Assembly (NCBI GenBank): GCA_028826165.1
Contig: JAPDFW010000031.1
Coordinates: 1 to 61,815, forward strand
Origin: Anaeramoeba ignava BMAN
Lineage: Eukaryota; Protista; Anaeramoebae
Length of the DNA: 61,815 bases
Direction of reading: 5' to 3'
Below are positions 49,010-60,656 of this stretch, piece after piece. The notes under the pieces were generated by a model, which saw only the letters and a list, made by a program, of their open reading frames with translations, was not told the DNA's origin and did no database searches. Within the stretch, counting starts at the first letter, position 1. Each line of letters starts with the position of its first letter. The position numbers were made by a program, and so were the translations under genes.

Positions 49010-50960
49010 ACTAATTTTGATTTAATATTTAATTTAAATTCTTTTTTAAAATTAATCAAATATTTTAATATTTATTATTAAAATTTATTAAAATAGATTT
49101 ATTTCCTTTTAAAAAATAAATTAAAAAATTGAATCAAAAAATAATTAAATTTTTTAATAGTTTTAATTTAATATTTAATTTAAATTCTTTTTTAAAATGT
49201 ATTGAATATTAAATATCTATTATTAAAATTTATTAAAATAGATTTATTTATTTTTAAAAAATAAATTAAAAAATTGAATTAAAAAATAATTAAATTTCTT
49301 AATAGTTTTAATTTAATATTTAATTTAAATTCTTTTTTGAAATGTATTGAATATTAAATATCTATTATTAAAATAGATTAAAATAGATTTATTTCCCTTT
49401 TAAAAATAAATTAAAAAATTGAATTAAAAAATAATTAAATTTCTTAATAATTTTAATTTAATATTTAATTTAAATTCTTTTTAAAATGTATTTTATATTA
49501 AATATTTATTATTAAAATAGATTAAAATAGATTTATTTCTTTTTAAAAAATAAATTAAAAATTGAATTAAAAATAATTAAATTTATTAATAGTTTTGATT
49601 TACTATTTAATTTAAATTCTTTTTAAAATGTATTTAATATTAAATATTTATTATTAAAATAGATTAAAATAAATTTATTTTCCTTTTAAAAATAAATTAA
49701 AAATTGAATTAAAAATAATTAAATTTCTTAATACTTTTGATTTACTATTTAATTTAAATTCTTTTTAAAATGTATTGAATATTAAATATCTATTATTAAA
49801 ATTTATTAAAATATATTTATTTCCCTTTTAAAAATAAATTAAAAATTGAATCAAAAAAAATAATTAAATTTTTAATAGTTTTAATTTAATATTTAATTTA
49901 AATTCTTTTTAAAATGTATTTTTATATTAAATATCTATTATTAAAATAGATTAAAATAGATTTATTTTCTTTTTAAAAATAAATTAAAAATTGAATTAAA
50001 AAAATAATTAAATTTCTTAATAGTTTTGATTTGATTTTGATTAATATCCTTTTTGAAATGTATTGGATATTAAATATTTATTACTAAAATTTATTAAAAT
50101 AGATTTATTTCTTTTTAAAAATAAATTAAAAATTGAATCAAAAATAATTAAATTTCTTAATAGTTTTGATTTAATATTTAATTTAAATTCTTTTTAAAAT
50201 GTATTGGGTATTAAATATTTATTATTAAAATAGATTAAAATAGATTTATTTCTTTTTAAAAATAAATTAAAAAATTGAATTAAAAATAATTAAATTTCTT
50301 AATAGTTTTGATTTACTATCTAATTTATATTCTTTTTAAAATGTATTGGATATTAAATATTTATTATTAAAATAGATTAAAATATATTTATTTCTTTTTA
50401 AAAAATAAATTAAAAAATTGAATTAAAAAATAATTAAATTTATTAATAATTTTGATTTAATATTTAATTTAAATTCTTTTTTAAAATGTATTTAATATTA
50501 AATATTTATTATTAAAATAGATTAAAATAGATTTATTTCTTTTTAAAAATAAATTAAAAATTGAATTAAAAATAATTAAATTTCTTAATAGTTTTGATTT
50601 AATATTTAATTTAAATTCTTTTTAAAATGTATTGAATATTAAATATTTATTATTAAAATAGATTAAAATATATTTATTTCCTTTTAAAAAATAAATTAAA
50701 AAATTGAATTAAAAAATAATTAAATTTCTTAATAGTTTTGATTTAATATTTAATTTAAATTCTTTTTTAAAATTATTGGATATTAAATATTTATTATTAA
50801 AATAGATTAAAATAGATTTATTTCCTTTTAAAAAATAAATTAAAAAATTGAATTAAAAAATAATTAAATTTCTTAATAGTTTTGATTTGATTTTGATTAA
50901 TATTCTTTTTTAAAATGTATTGGATATAAAATATTTATTATTAAAATTTATTAAAATATT
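49010..50960. repeat. Tandem repeat family E, 141-145 bp unit x~13.5
   Basis: aaatgtatt at about 49198, 49343, 49487, 49629, 49771, 49915, 50059, 50200, 50342, 50487, 50628 and 50916. Confidence 0.95.
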
Positions 50961-51051
50961 TTCCTTTTTTTATTTTTTCAATTTTATTTTTTCATTTTTT
51001 TTCATTTTTTTTTAAAAAGAAATAAAAATTTTTTTGAATTACAAATCAAAA

Positions 51052-53522
51052 ATGAGTGAAAAAGAAACGAATGAAAAAAGTACGAAAACAAATTTTATGC
51101 CACCAAAAAAAGCATTTTCATTTTTCCAAATGTCTAAAAAAGAAGAAACAACACCAACAATTGAGAGCATAAGAAATCTACAAACGAATCTTTTTTTACA
51201 AAAAAGAGACACAAAAACAGAACCTTCATTATCTTCTCCAGATGAAAATAAGGAGGAAAATGGATTTGAAAATGATAATTCATTAGATAATTCAAAATCA
51301 ACAAAAAAAGATTTTATCAACAAACCTCGATCACCAGGTAAGAAATACTATTTTTTTATTCAGCTATTTTTTTTGTCATAATGTTTTTGGATTTGAATTT
51401 TTGAGCGGAGATTTTTAAAACGAAATTTAAAACGAATTTTTAAAACGAATTTTAAAAGAAATTTTTAAAACGAATTTTAAAACAAATTTTAAAACGAAAT
51501 TTAAAACAAATTTTTAAAGGAATTTTAAAACAAATTTTAAAACAATTTTTAAAACAAATTTTAAAAGGAATTTTAAAACAATTTTTAAAACAAATTTTAA
51601 AAGGAATTTTAAAAGGAATTTTAAAATGAATTTTTAAAACGATTTTAAAACAAATTTAAAACGAATTTTAAAAGGAAACTTAAAACAATTTTAAAAAGGA
51701 ATTTTAAAACGAATTTTTAAAAGGAAATTTAAAAGAAAATTTAAAAGAAAACTTAAAAGAAAACTTAAAAGAAATTTTAAAACAAATTTTAAAACAATTT
51801 TTAAAGGAATTTTAAAACCATTTTAAAACAATTTTAAAACAAATTTTAAAACAATTTTTAAAACAAATTTTTAAAACAAATTTTTAAAACAATTTAAGAA
51901 AAGAAAGAGAGTTTAATCAAATTTTCTTTTTTTTATTGAGTTTATAATAAAATATCCTAATAAAAGAATAAAAAAAAATATTTTCCAATAAAAAAAAATA
52001 TCAAAATAGTCGAAGAAAATAAAGAATCGGATGAGAAAAGTTTCGAAAATCAATTGAAAGAAACCAATTTTGATGAAGATTATGAATCGGAAAACGAAAA
52101 AAAATATAAAGAAAACAGAAAACTAAAAGCGAAAAAAATTACAAAAAAACAAAATTTTGATGAAGATAGTTATGATTCAGTTTATCCACAAAAGGCGAGA
52201 ATTTTTGTTGGGAATCTTCCTGATATTCCGACTATACGGGAAGATTTAGGGATAATTTTCCAGCAATATGGGGAAATTAAGGATTTGGTTTTGATAAAAA
52301 GTTTTGCATTTATTCAATACGACAATGAAGAATCTGCACAACTTGCACTTAAACATGAGAAATCCTGCGAGATTCACAATCACAAATTACAAGTTGAGCA
52401 CGCAAAAGGGCGAAGTGAAAACCAACGAAAAAGAACTTGGCAAGCACCGCAACACTCTAGACCCTCGTATGAAAATAAAAATGTTGCATTGACAAGTATT
52501 CAAGATCAATTGTCGAGGAACCCGTCCCTTTTTATTATCATTAGGAAGGCCTCTTTGATGAACTATGCCAAGATTATTGAGGATACTGTTGAAAAAGTGG
52601 CTGCGATTCCTGTGGTCATTATGAATTATGAGACTTCCAGCAAGTCCTTGACTGATCTCATTGCTGAAGCCACAAAACTCGGATATCGATATATTATGGT
52701 CATTGGTGATTTCAACCTGATTGCCAACACGGTTAATTTGAAAATCATCGAGAATCATCGTATTCAAGTTGAGTATGATTCGTTGAACTATTTACAAGCG
52801 GCTTCTCTTATCTCCAGTCAACAAGGAAATCCCCAAAACGATTCTTGGTATTCGTTTCCCAATCAATTTGGTTCTTTTTTGAATCAAAACGATCAGCAGT
52901 TTAATTTACTTCACTCTCTTTTTCCGCAAGTAAACGAACAATCCCTTTCCACTGGAAATAATTACCAGGAAGCTTTGCAATTATTAGCCCAACAACAACA
53001 ACAACAAAAAGAACAACAACAAAAAATGCAAACTTTGCAACAATTACAACAATTTCAAAAACAATTAATTCAACAAAAAGAACAAGAAGATCAAAAAAAA
53101 GATGATAACCAAAAATTACAACAAATTTTGCAAATTTTGGAGCAGAAAGTTAATCCTCAAAAAACAAATAATCCCCAATCAAATTCAACACAAATTATTC
53201 AAAATATTCAAAAATTATTGGATCAATTTCAAAATTCAAATTCCAATTTAAATTCCAAAAATCAAGAAATAAATTTATCTCAAAATTCTTGTAAAAATTA
53301 AAAATTAAAAATTTAAAATTCAAACTCAAAATTAATTTTATAATTTTTATATATTTAGTTCAACAAAATTCAAATGATTCAAATAATTCAACAAATCAAA
53401 CAAAAATTAAATTACTTCAATTAATTCAAGATTATGGATATCTTGATTCAAAAAGACCAAAACAATCTCAACCAAAAAACAATTCAACAACAGATCCATT
53501 TGCATTTCTTGGTTTAAAATAA
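51052..53522 (+). CDS. RRM + anticodon-binding-like domain + Q-rich tail protein (NCOA5/Nab3-like); join(51052..51337,52010..53290,53359..53522)
   Basis: RRM (ARIFVGNLP..FAFIQYD) followed by SLFIIIRK..NYAKIIE..SLTDLIAEA..YIMVIG; GT-AG introns restore frame. Confidence 0.78.
51410..51895. repeat. Degenerate ~12-13 bp (TTTTAAAACRAA)n repeat filling intron 1 of the RRM gene
   Basis: Directly visible. Confidence 0.9.
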
Positions 53523-53805
53523 TTTAAAAATCCAAAAAATCTAAAAAATTAAAAAATCAATTTTTCTTTTTAAATTAAAAAATAAAAAATTAAATCAAAA
53601 TAATCAATAAAAATTTGAATGGAATTATATTTGAAGAAGAAAAGTAAAAAAAAAAAAAAGTATTTGTTTGAAAATTTTGAATCAAAAAAAAAATGAAGAA
53701 AAAAAAAAATGAATGAAGAATGTAATTAAAAGATGATTAAAGTTGAATTTTGAATTTAAAAAAAATGAAAATGAAAATGAAAATGAAAAGAAAAAACAAT
53801 TTCTT

Positions 53806-55363
53806 TTAATATTCAACAATTGGTTCATCATCACCAGTAATTTGAGGAATTGTACACTTCAAATCAAAAACTTTACTGAGAACAATTTTAAAAATTTTCT
53901 GAACATTAATAGAGCAAGAAGCTGAGCAATAAATTAAAGGTGCTTTCATTGCACGAGCATAACGTCTTGCCTTTTAATTTTTTAATTTTTTAATTTTTTA
54001 ATTTTTTTAATTTTTTAATTTTTTATTTTAAATAAAATATACTTGTTTTGTAATATCTTTTTGATCTTCAGGAGCATAACCAGCATAAATATCAAATTTA
54101 GTTCCAATTAAGAAAGGAATTGCATTCTAAAAATTTAATAAAATTCATTTATAAAATTCAATATAAAATTCAATATAAAATTCAATATAAAATTAAAATT
54201 AAAATTAATATTAAAATTAAAATTAAAATTAAAATTAAAATTAAAATTAATATTAAAATTCAATATAAAATTCATTTATAAAATTCAATATAAAATTCAA
54301 TATAAAATTAAAATTAAAATTAAATTTAATATAAAATTAAAATTAAAATTCTAATCAAAATTAAAATTTAAAATCATAATTAAAATTAAAATTAAAATTA
54401 GAATTAAATATAAAATTAAAATTAAAATTAAATTTAAAATTAAAATTCAAATTAAAATCAAAATTAAAATTCAATATAAAATTCAAATTAATTTTTACTT
54501 TATTAAAACCTCGAGCTTGTCTATACCATTCTTTTATTGAGCTTAATGTAGCTTTTCTTGATAAATCAAACATGAATAAAAGAGCAACAGCATCATTACA
54601 AACAAGTGGAAGCATATTAACAAATTCTTTTTGTCCACCTAAATCCCAAATTGAAAATGTAATATCGGTGTTTCTAATTTGTATAGTTTTTTCCATAAAA
54701 TTAACACCTTGAAAATTTTAAAAGAAAGTTTATAATTAAATTTATAATTAAATTTATAATTAAATTTATAATTAAATTTATAATTAAATTTATAATTAAA
54801 TTTATAATTAAATTTATAATTAAATTTATAATTAAATTTATAATTAAATTTATAATTAAATTTATAATTAAATTTATAATTAAATTTATAATTAAATTTA
54901 TAATTAAATTCATTTCAAAATTCATTTCAAAATTCAAATCAAAATTTATAATTAAATTTATAATTAAATTTATAATTAAATTTATAATTAAATATATAAT
55001 TAAATTTATAATTAAATTTATAATTAAATTTATAATTAAATTTATAATTAAATTTATAATTAAATTCATTTCAAAATTCAAATTAAAATTTATAATTAAA
55101 TCCATTTCAAAATTTATAATCAAAATTTATAATTAAATTTATAATAAAATAAAGAAAATTTAAAATGAGAAAATTGTAAAAAAAAAAAAAAAGAGAAAAA
55201 TTTTTTGTTTAAAAAAAAAAATGGAGAAAAATAAACCTAAAGTCATAATATAATCTTCATCGAATGTATTTTCAACATATTTAACCATTAAAGATGTTTT
55301 TCCAATTTGTGCATCTCCTAACATCCCGACTTTAACAACAACTGAACTATGTTGATCTGACAT
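53806..55363 (-). CDS. SPG1: Spg1/Tem1 septation-initiation / mitotic-exit small GTPase; join(55363..55237,54707..54499,54126..54043,53970..53806)
   Basis: [84 protein letters not shown]. Confidence 0.95.
54728..55145. repeat. (TAATTAAATTTA)n 12-mer filling Spg1 intron 1
   Basis: Directly visible. Confidence 0.95.
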
Positions 55364-55809
55364 TGATTTTGTTTATTAATATTTTTTTTTGGGTTTTTTG
55401 TAAATTGAAATTGTTTATTTTTAGTAAAAAAAAATGAAAAAAAAAATGAAAAAAAAAAAATGAAAAAAAAAATAATTAAAAAAATTTTTTCATATTAAAA
55501 ATTATATTATTTTTTTTATATTTAAATATATTTTTATATATATATAAAAAAATATTATAACATTCATTTTTATTTTCAATAAGAATAAAACTTGATTTAA
55601 TTTAATTTTTATTATTTTTGACTCAATAAAATTAATCCAAATTATTGTTTAAAAAGGAAAAAAAAACCATCAAATTAAAAAAAATATTGTTTTCAGGCAA
55701 AAAAAAAATGTTGAAAAATCCAAAAAATTTTTTTCATTTTTCTATTTTAAACAAAAATAAAAATAAAAATATTATTTGAAACTTTTTAATTTTATTTCCT
55801 TTTTTTTAG

Positions 55810-58578
55810 ATGTCAAAATTTGCAGAAGTTTTATTTGATTATCTGCCACAAGAAGCGGAAGAACTTGAGCTCCATGCAGGAGATATTATTAGTATAATCT
55901 CTGAGGATAAAACTGGATGGTGGACAGGGGAAATAGAAGGACAAATAGGAGTTTTTCCAGGATCATATGTTAAATATTTATCACAAAAAGAAATTGATGA
56001 AATTCTTAAAGAAGAGCAATTTCAAGAAGAATTATTTCAAAATCAAGGAAAAACAAGTGAGACAAAAAAAGAAGAAACAAAAAAAGAAACAAAAGAAGAA
56101 GAAACAAAAATGAATTTTTCATTCAATGAAAAAAAAACAAGTTATTCAAATAATCAAAACAAATCAAATACTTATTCAAATACTCAAAATACATCAAATA
56201 CTTATTCAATTAATCAAAATCAAACAACAAGTTTTTCAAATAATCAAAATAATTCCCAAAATTCTTCACCTTTAAATAATAATGAGTCAAACAATCCTTT
56301 TCAAAAAGTTACTTATCAAACTCAAAATGCTCCAAAAACTAAAATGCCAACTCCAAATAATAATAATCCTTTTTATCAGAAAACTATTCAAAATGAATCC
56401 AAAAATGATTCTAAAAAGAATTCTTCCGTTTCAATTAAAAAAGTTACTCCTCAAAATTCAAAATTTAAAACCAAATCAAAAAATACTTCAAATTCAAATT
56501 CAAATTCAAATTCAAATTCAAATTCAAAATTTAGTTGGTCAAACAAATCCAAATCAAATTCAAATAAAAATCAAAAATCAAAAAGTCCAAAAATTACCAA
56601 AGCAGTTCCTGTTAATTTTAAAATGGATGAAAAGCCACAAAATGTGAATGTACATTTAAATTAAAATTCATTTATAAAATTTAAATTCATTTATAAAATT
56701 CAAATTCATTTATAAAATTCAATTATAAAATTAAAATTCAATTATAAAATTTAAATTCATTTATAAAATTTAAATTCAATTATAAAATTCAAATTCATTT
56801 ATAAAATTTAAATTCATTTTTAAAATTCAATTATAAAATTCAATTCAATTATAAAATTAAAATTCATTTTTAAAATTCATTTATAAAATTTAAATTCATT
56901 TATAAAATTCAAATTCATTTATAAAATTTAAATTCAATTATAAAATTTAAATTCATTTATAAAATTTAAATTCATTTATAAAATTTAAATTCAATTATAA
57001 AATTTAAATTCAATTATAAAATTTAAATTCATTTATAAAATTTAAATTCATTTATAAAATTTAAATTCATTTATAAAATTCAATTATAAAATTCAAATTA
57101 ATTTATTAAATTTAAATTCATTTATTAAATTTAAATTCATTTATAAAATTTAAATTCATTTTTAAAATTCAATTATAAAATTCAATTCAATTATAAAATT
57201 TAAATTCAATTATAAAATTCAATTATAAAATTCAATTATAAAATTAAAATTCAATTATAAAATTTAAATTCATTTTCATATTGAATAGAAAGATCACGTT
57301 TGGAATGAAACTCATACATTTTTTAAAATTGAAGTCGTATCAGCAGAAAAAAGAACAAAATATAAAGGATTTAAAAAATATACAAGTTATGTAGTTCGAT
57401 ATAATGTATGATTTAAATCGGAAAAAAAAATATTATAAATTATAAATTATAAATTGAAAAAAATAAATTATAAATTATAAATTGAAAATTGAAAAAAAAA
57501 GAATTATACAGTTGAAAGAAGATATAAACACTTTTATTGGTTGAGAGAAAGATTATGGGAAAGATATGAAAATATTGTTATTCCTCCAATGCCAGAAAAA
57601 CAAATAGGAGGAAGATTTGAAGAGGAATTCATCTCAAGAAGGAAAAAAGAACTGGAAAGATTTCTGAATCGAATTGCAGAACATCCAGTTCTTCGATCAT
57701 CATCAATTCTGCATCATTTTCTAACTGCAGAAGAATCCAAAGTATGGAAAGCAGGAAAACATGCAATTGAAAAAGAGTTAAAAACAATGAAACCATTTTT
57801 TACATATGTTAAAACAACACTTCCAAATGCAACACAAAATGATGAACAAAATATCACAAAATTCCAAGATCAAAATACATCATTTGGAAAAAACTTGAAA
57901 TCATTGGAATCAATTGCGGATGAACTCTTTTCAAAGCATTATAATGAAATGGGAGATATTTATAACAAACTTGGTTTTTCTTATTTAAGTCTTGCAAATA
58001 ATAATAATCTTGGTTTGGGATGGAAACCAAATTGTCCAATTACAAAATCACTTGAAGATGCACTTGCTTTAGTTGGGAAACATTATAATGATATTGGGAA
58101 TTTATGGAAATTAAAAGGTCAATTAGAAACTCAAGATGTTTTACTTAAACTCAAAGAATATCATAAATTTGCTGAAGCTTTTGAATCAGCGCTTAAATCA
58201 ACTGGAAAAATTCTTTCTTCTTTTAAATCCGCTCAAAGTTTGCAAGGAAAATCTTCTCCAAGTTTGAATTCCCCTTCTCCCAATACTTCAAAAAATGTTT
58301 CTCAAGCCAATAAGATAAAGAGTCAAAATAAATTATATAGAAAATCTATGTCTGTTCAAATGAGTGTTGAAAATTTCGCAGAACTTCAGCAAAAAGCTAA
58401 TATTATGACTCATATTACTTTAACTGAAATCGAACTCTTCCAAAAAAATAAAACAAATGATTTGAAACAAATTCTCAATCAATTAGTTCAAACTCAAATT
58501 AATTTTCATTCACAAGTTTGTTCATTATGGCAACAAGCTCAACATGATCTTGATTCAAAAATTTTCAAAAATTTTTAA
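55810..58578 (+). CDS. SH3-PX-BAR sorting nexin (SNX9/18/33-like); join(55810..~56646,57289..57405,57502..58578)
   Basis: SH3 (AEVLFDY..ELEL..GWWTG..GVFPGSYV), low-complexity linker with two NPF motifs, PX (VERRYKHFYWL..PPMPEKQIGGRFEEEFI..HPVL), helical BAR-like C-terminus. Confidence 0.87.
56660..57275. repeat. ~19-bp (AAATTCATTTATAAAATTT)n repeat filling intron 1 of the SNX gene
   Basis: Directly visible. Confidence 0.9.
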
Positions 58579-58681
58579 AAATTAAGAAAAAATAAAATCA
58601 TTCAAATTTAAAATTTAAAATTCCAAATTCCAAAATTATTGTTCTCTTTTTTTTTTAATTCCAAATTATTAAAGAATTAAA

Positions 58682-60517
58682 TTAAAAAATCAAACATTTT
58701 CCTTTCTCTTTCTCTTTTTTTTCTTTTTTTTTGATTTGATTTTGATTTTTAAATTGATTAATTAATAAATCAAATAAATTTGGATATGTTTGATTTAATT
58801 GAAAATAATCAATTCCAATTTTAATTTCATCAATTATTTCTTGTGTGATTTCAATTTCATCTTTAATTTGATTTGAATAAATCCAATATTCAAATATTTG
58901 AAATGATTTATTACTTAATTCACTATAATCTGTAACTTTATTAGATTTATCTTCTGTTACAGATAAAAACATTCCTCGATATAATTCACTTCTCATTATT
59001 AATATTAATTTTGGAAATTTATATTGTTTTTCTTTTCTTTCAATTATAAAATCTTTTTCATTTTCATTTTCATTTAAATAAATTCTTTTCATTGTTTCTT
59101 CAATTTTTTCATTTGAATTTATAATTTCTTTAATTTCAGAATATAATTTTGGATTTATTATTCTGTTTGAATAAATCATTTCAAATATTTGATTTGATTC
59201 TTTAATTGATTTATTTGAAATAATTTCTTGAAGTTTTTCAATTTCATTTTCATTTTCATTTAATCTATATTTCAATATTAATTTATGAGCTTCAATTATT
59301 TCTCCATTTTCTGTTTTAAATGAAATATTGCAAAATTCTTTTCTTCTAAATAGTTTTATCAAATCTTCTTCAAGATTAGAAAAAGAAGAAGGAGAATAAT
59401 AAAGAAATGTTTTATTTTCTCCACAAGAAATATGATAATTGAAAATATCTTCTTTAAATCTTAATTTAGTAAGTCTAATTCGAATTGGAATAAATTGATA
59501 AAAATGTGTATCTCCAGTTCCTAATTGAGCAAATTCATTATATCCAAATCCAATCAATTTTGAATTGGAAGTTAAAATCAAAGTATGAGTATTTCCAACA
59601 GAAAAATCAATAATATAATCATCATTTTTAAATAAGGATGATTTGATTTCAGTAAATTCATAAGTATTTTCATCTTTGCTAAGTCCATTATAATGATAAT
59701 CACCACATGAATAAAGTTTTCTTTTTGGATTTTCATTTTGATTTTCATTTTCAATCAACATTATTGAATAAGAGTTTCCACATTGAATATCAATTATTTT
59801 GCCTTTTGGAATATTTTGGATTTTGGTTAATTTTTGGATTTTTGTTTCTTTTCTTGATTCTTCTAATCCAAGTTGACTGTATGTATTAACACCACATCCA
59901 AATAATTCTTGATTTGAATTTAAAAGAAAAACAAAATTTGAAGAATTTCCTGAAAATATTTTAGAAACATTTTTCATCATTAAAATTGGTTTTTCTGTTT
60001 TATTAAGTATTTCAGAATCTAAACCAAGTTGACCATATTCATTTGAACCAATTCCATAAGCATTTTGATTTGAAGTTAATAAGTAAATTGAACCAGATCC
60101 AGAAACAATATCTTCAATTATTCTATCATTTGTATCTTCAATTAATGATGAAATATTGATAAATTCATTTGGATTTTCGTAATTAATATTTTCTCCTTTG
60201 GCAAATACATTTCCTTCTATTGTTAAAATAGCTTCATTTGAACAGCCAACAGTTACTTTTTGAATATTTTCAATTTGGATTTTTTGAGGATTTTGATTTG
60301 AATCATCTTCTTTTAAATATTCTATTGCTTTTCCATTTTTAAAAAGGAAAATTGTTGAAAAGGAACTTGATGAAATTTGTTTAATTTGTTTTTCATTTTC
60401 ATTTTCATTTTCATTTTCATTTTCAAATCTACATTGAATTGGTTTTTTTATTTCATATGGTTCATTTTTGAAAAGAATTTGGTTTTGATTTAAACCAAAA
60501 AATAAAATTTCATTCAT
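58682..60517 (-). CDS. RCC1-repeat + twin-BTB protein with polybasic CaaX C-terminus, paralog 1
   Basis: GSNEYGQLG, GVNTYSQLG, VGNTHTLIL..GYNEFAQLGTG; two BTB motifs; ends KKKEKKEKEKGKCLIF*. Confidence 0.88.
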   Translation of the reverse strand: MNEILFFGLNQNQILFKNEPYEIKKPIQCRFENENENENENEKQIKQISSSSFSTIFLFKNGKAIEYLKEDDSNQNPQKIQIENIQKVTVGCSNEAILTIEGNVFAKGENINYENPNEFINISSLIEDTNDRIIEDIVSGSGSIYLLTSNQNAYGIGSNEYGQLGLDSEILNKTEKPILMMKNVSKIFSGNSSNFVFLLNSNQELFGCGVNTYSQLGLEESRKETKIQKLTKIQNIPKGKIIDIQCGNSYSIMLIENENQNENPKRKLYSCGDYHYNGLSKDENTYEFTEIKSSLFKNDDYIIDFSVGNTHTLILTSNSKLIGFGYNEFAQLGTGDTHFYQFIPIRIRLTKLRFKEDIFNYHISCGENKTFLYYSPSSFSNLEEDLIKLFRRKEFCNISFKTENGEIIEAHKLILKYRLNENENEIEKLQEIISNKSIKESNQIFEMIYSNRIINPKLYSEIKEIINSNEKIEETMKRIYLNENENEKDFIIERKEKQYKFPKLILIMRSELYRGMFLSVTEDKSNKVTDYSELSNKSFQIFEYWIYSNQIKDEIEITQEIIDEIKIGIDYFQLNQTYPNLFDLLINQFKNQNQIKKKEKKEKEKGKCLIF

Positions 60518-60656
60518 TTTTAAAAAAGAAAAAAAATGAAAAAAATGATTTTGGAATTTTAATTTTAATTTTAATTTTGATTTTAATTTTAATTTTGATT
60601 TTAATTTTGATTTTTAATTTTTAATTATTTTAATTCCAAATTATTAAAGAATTAAA

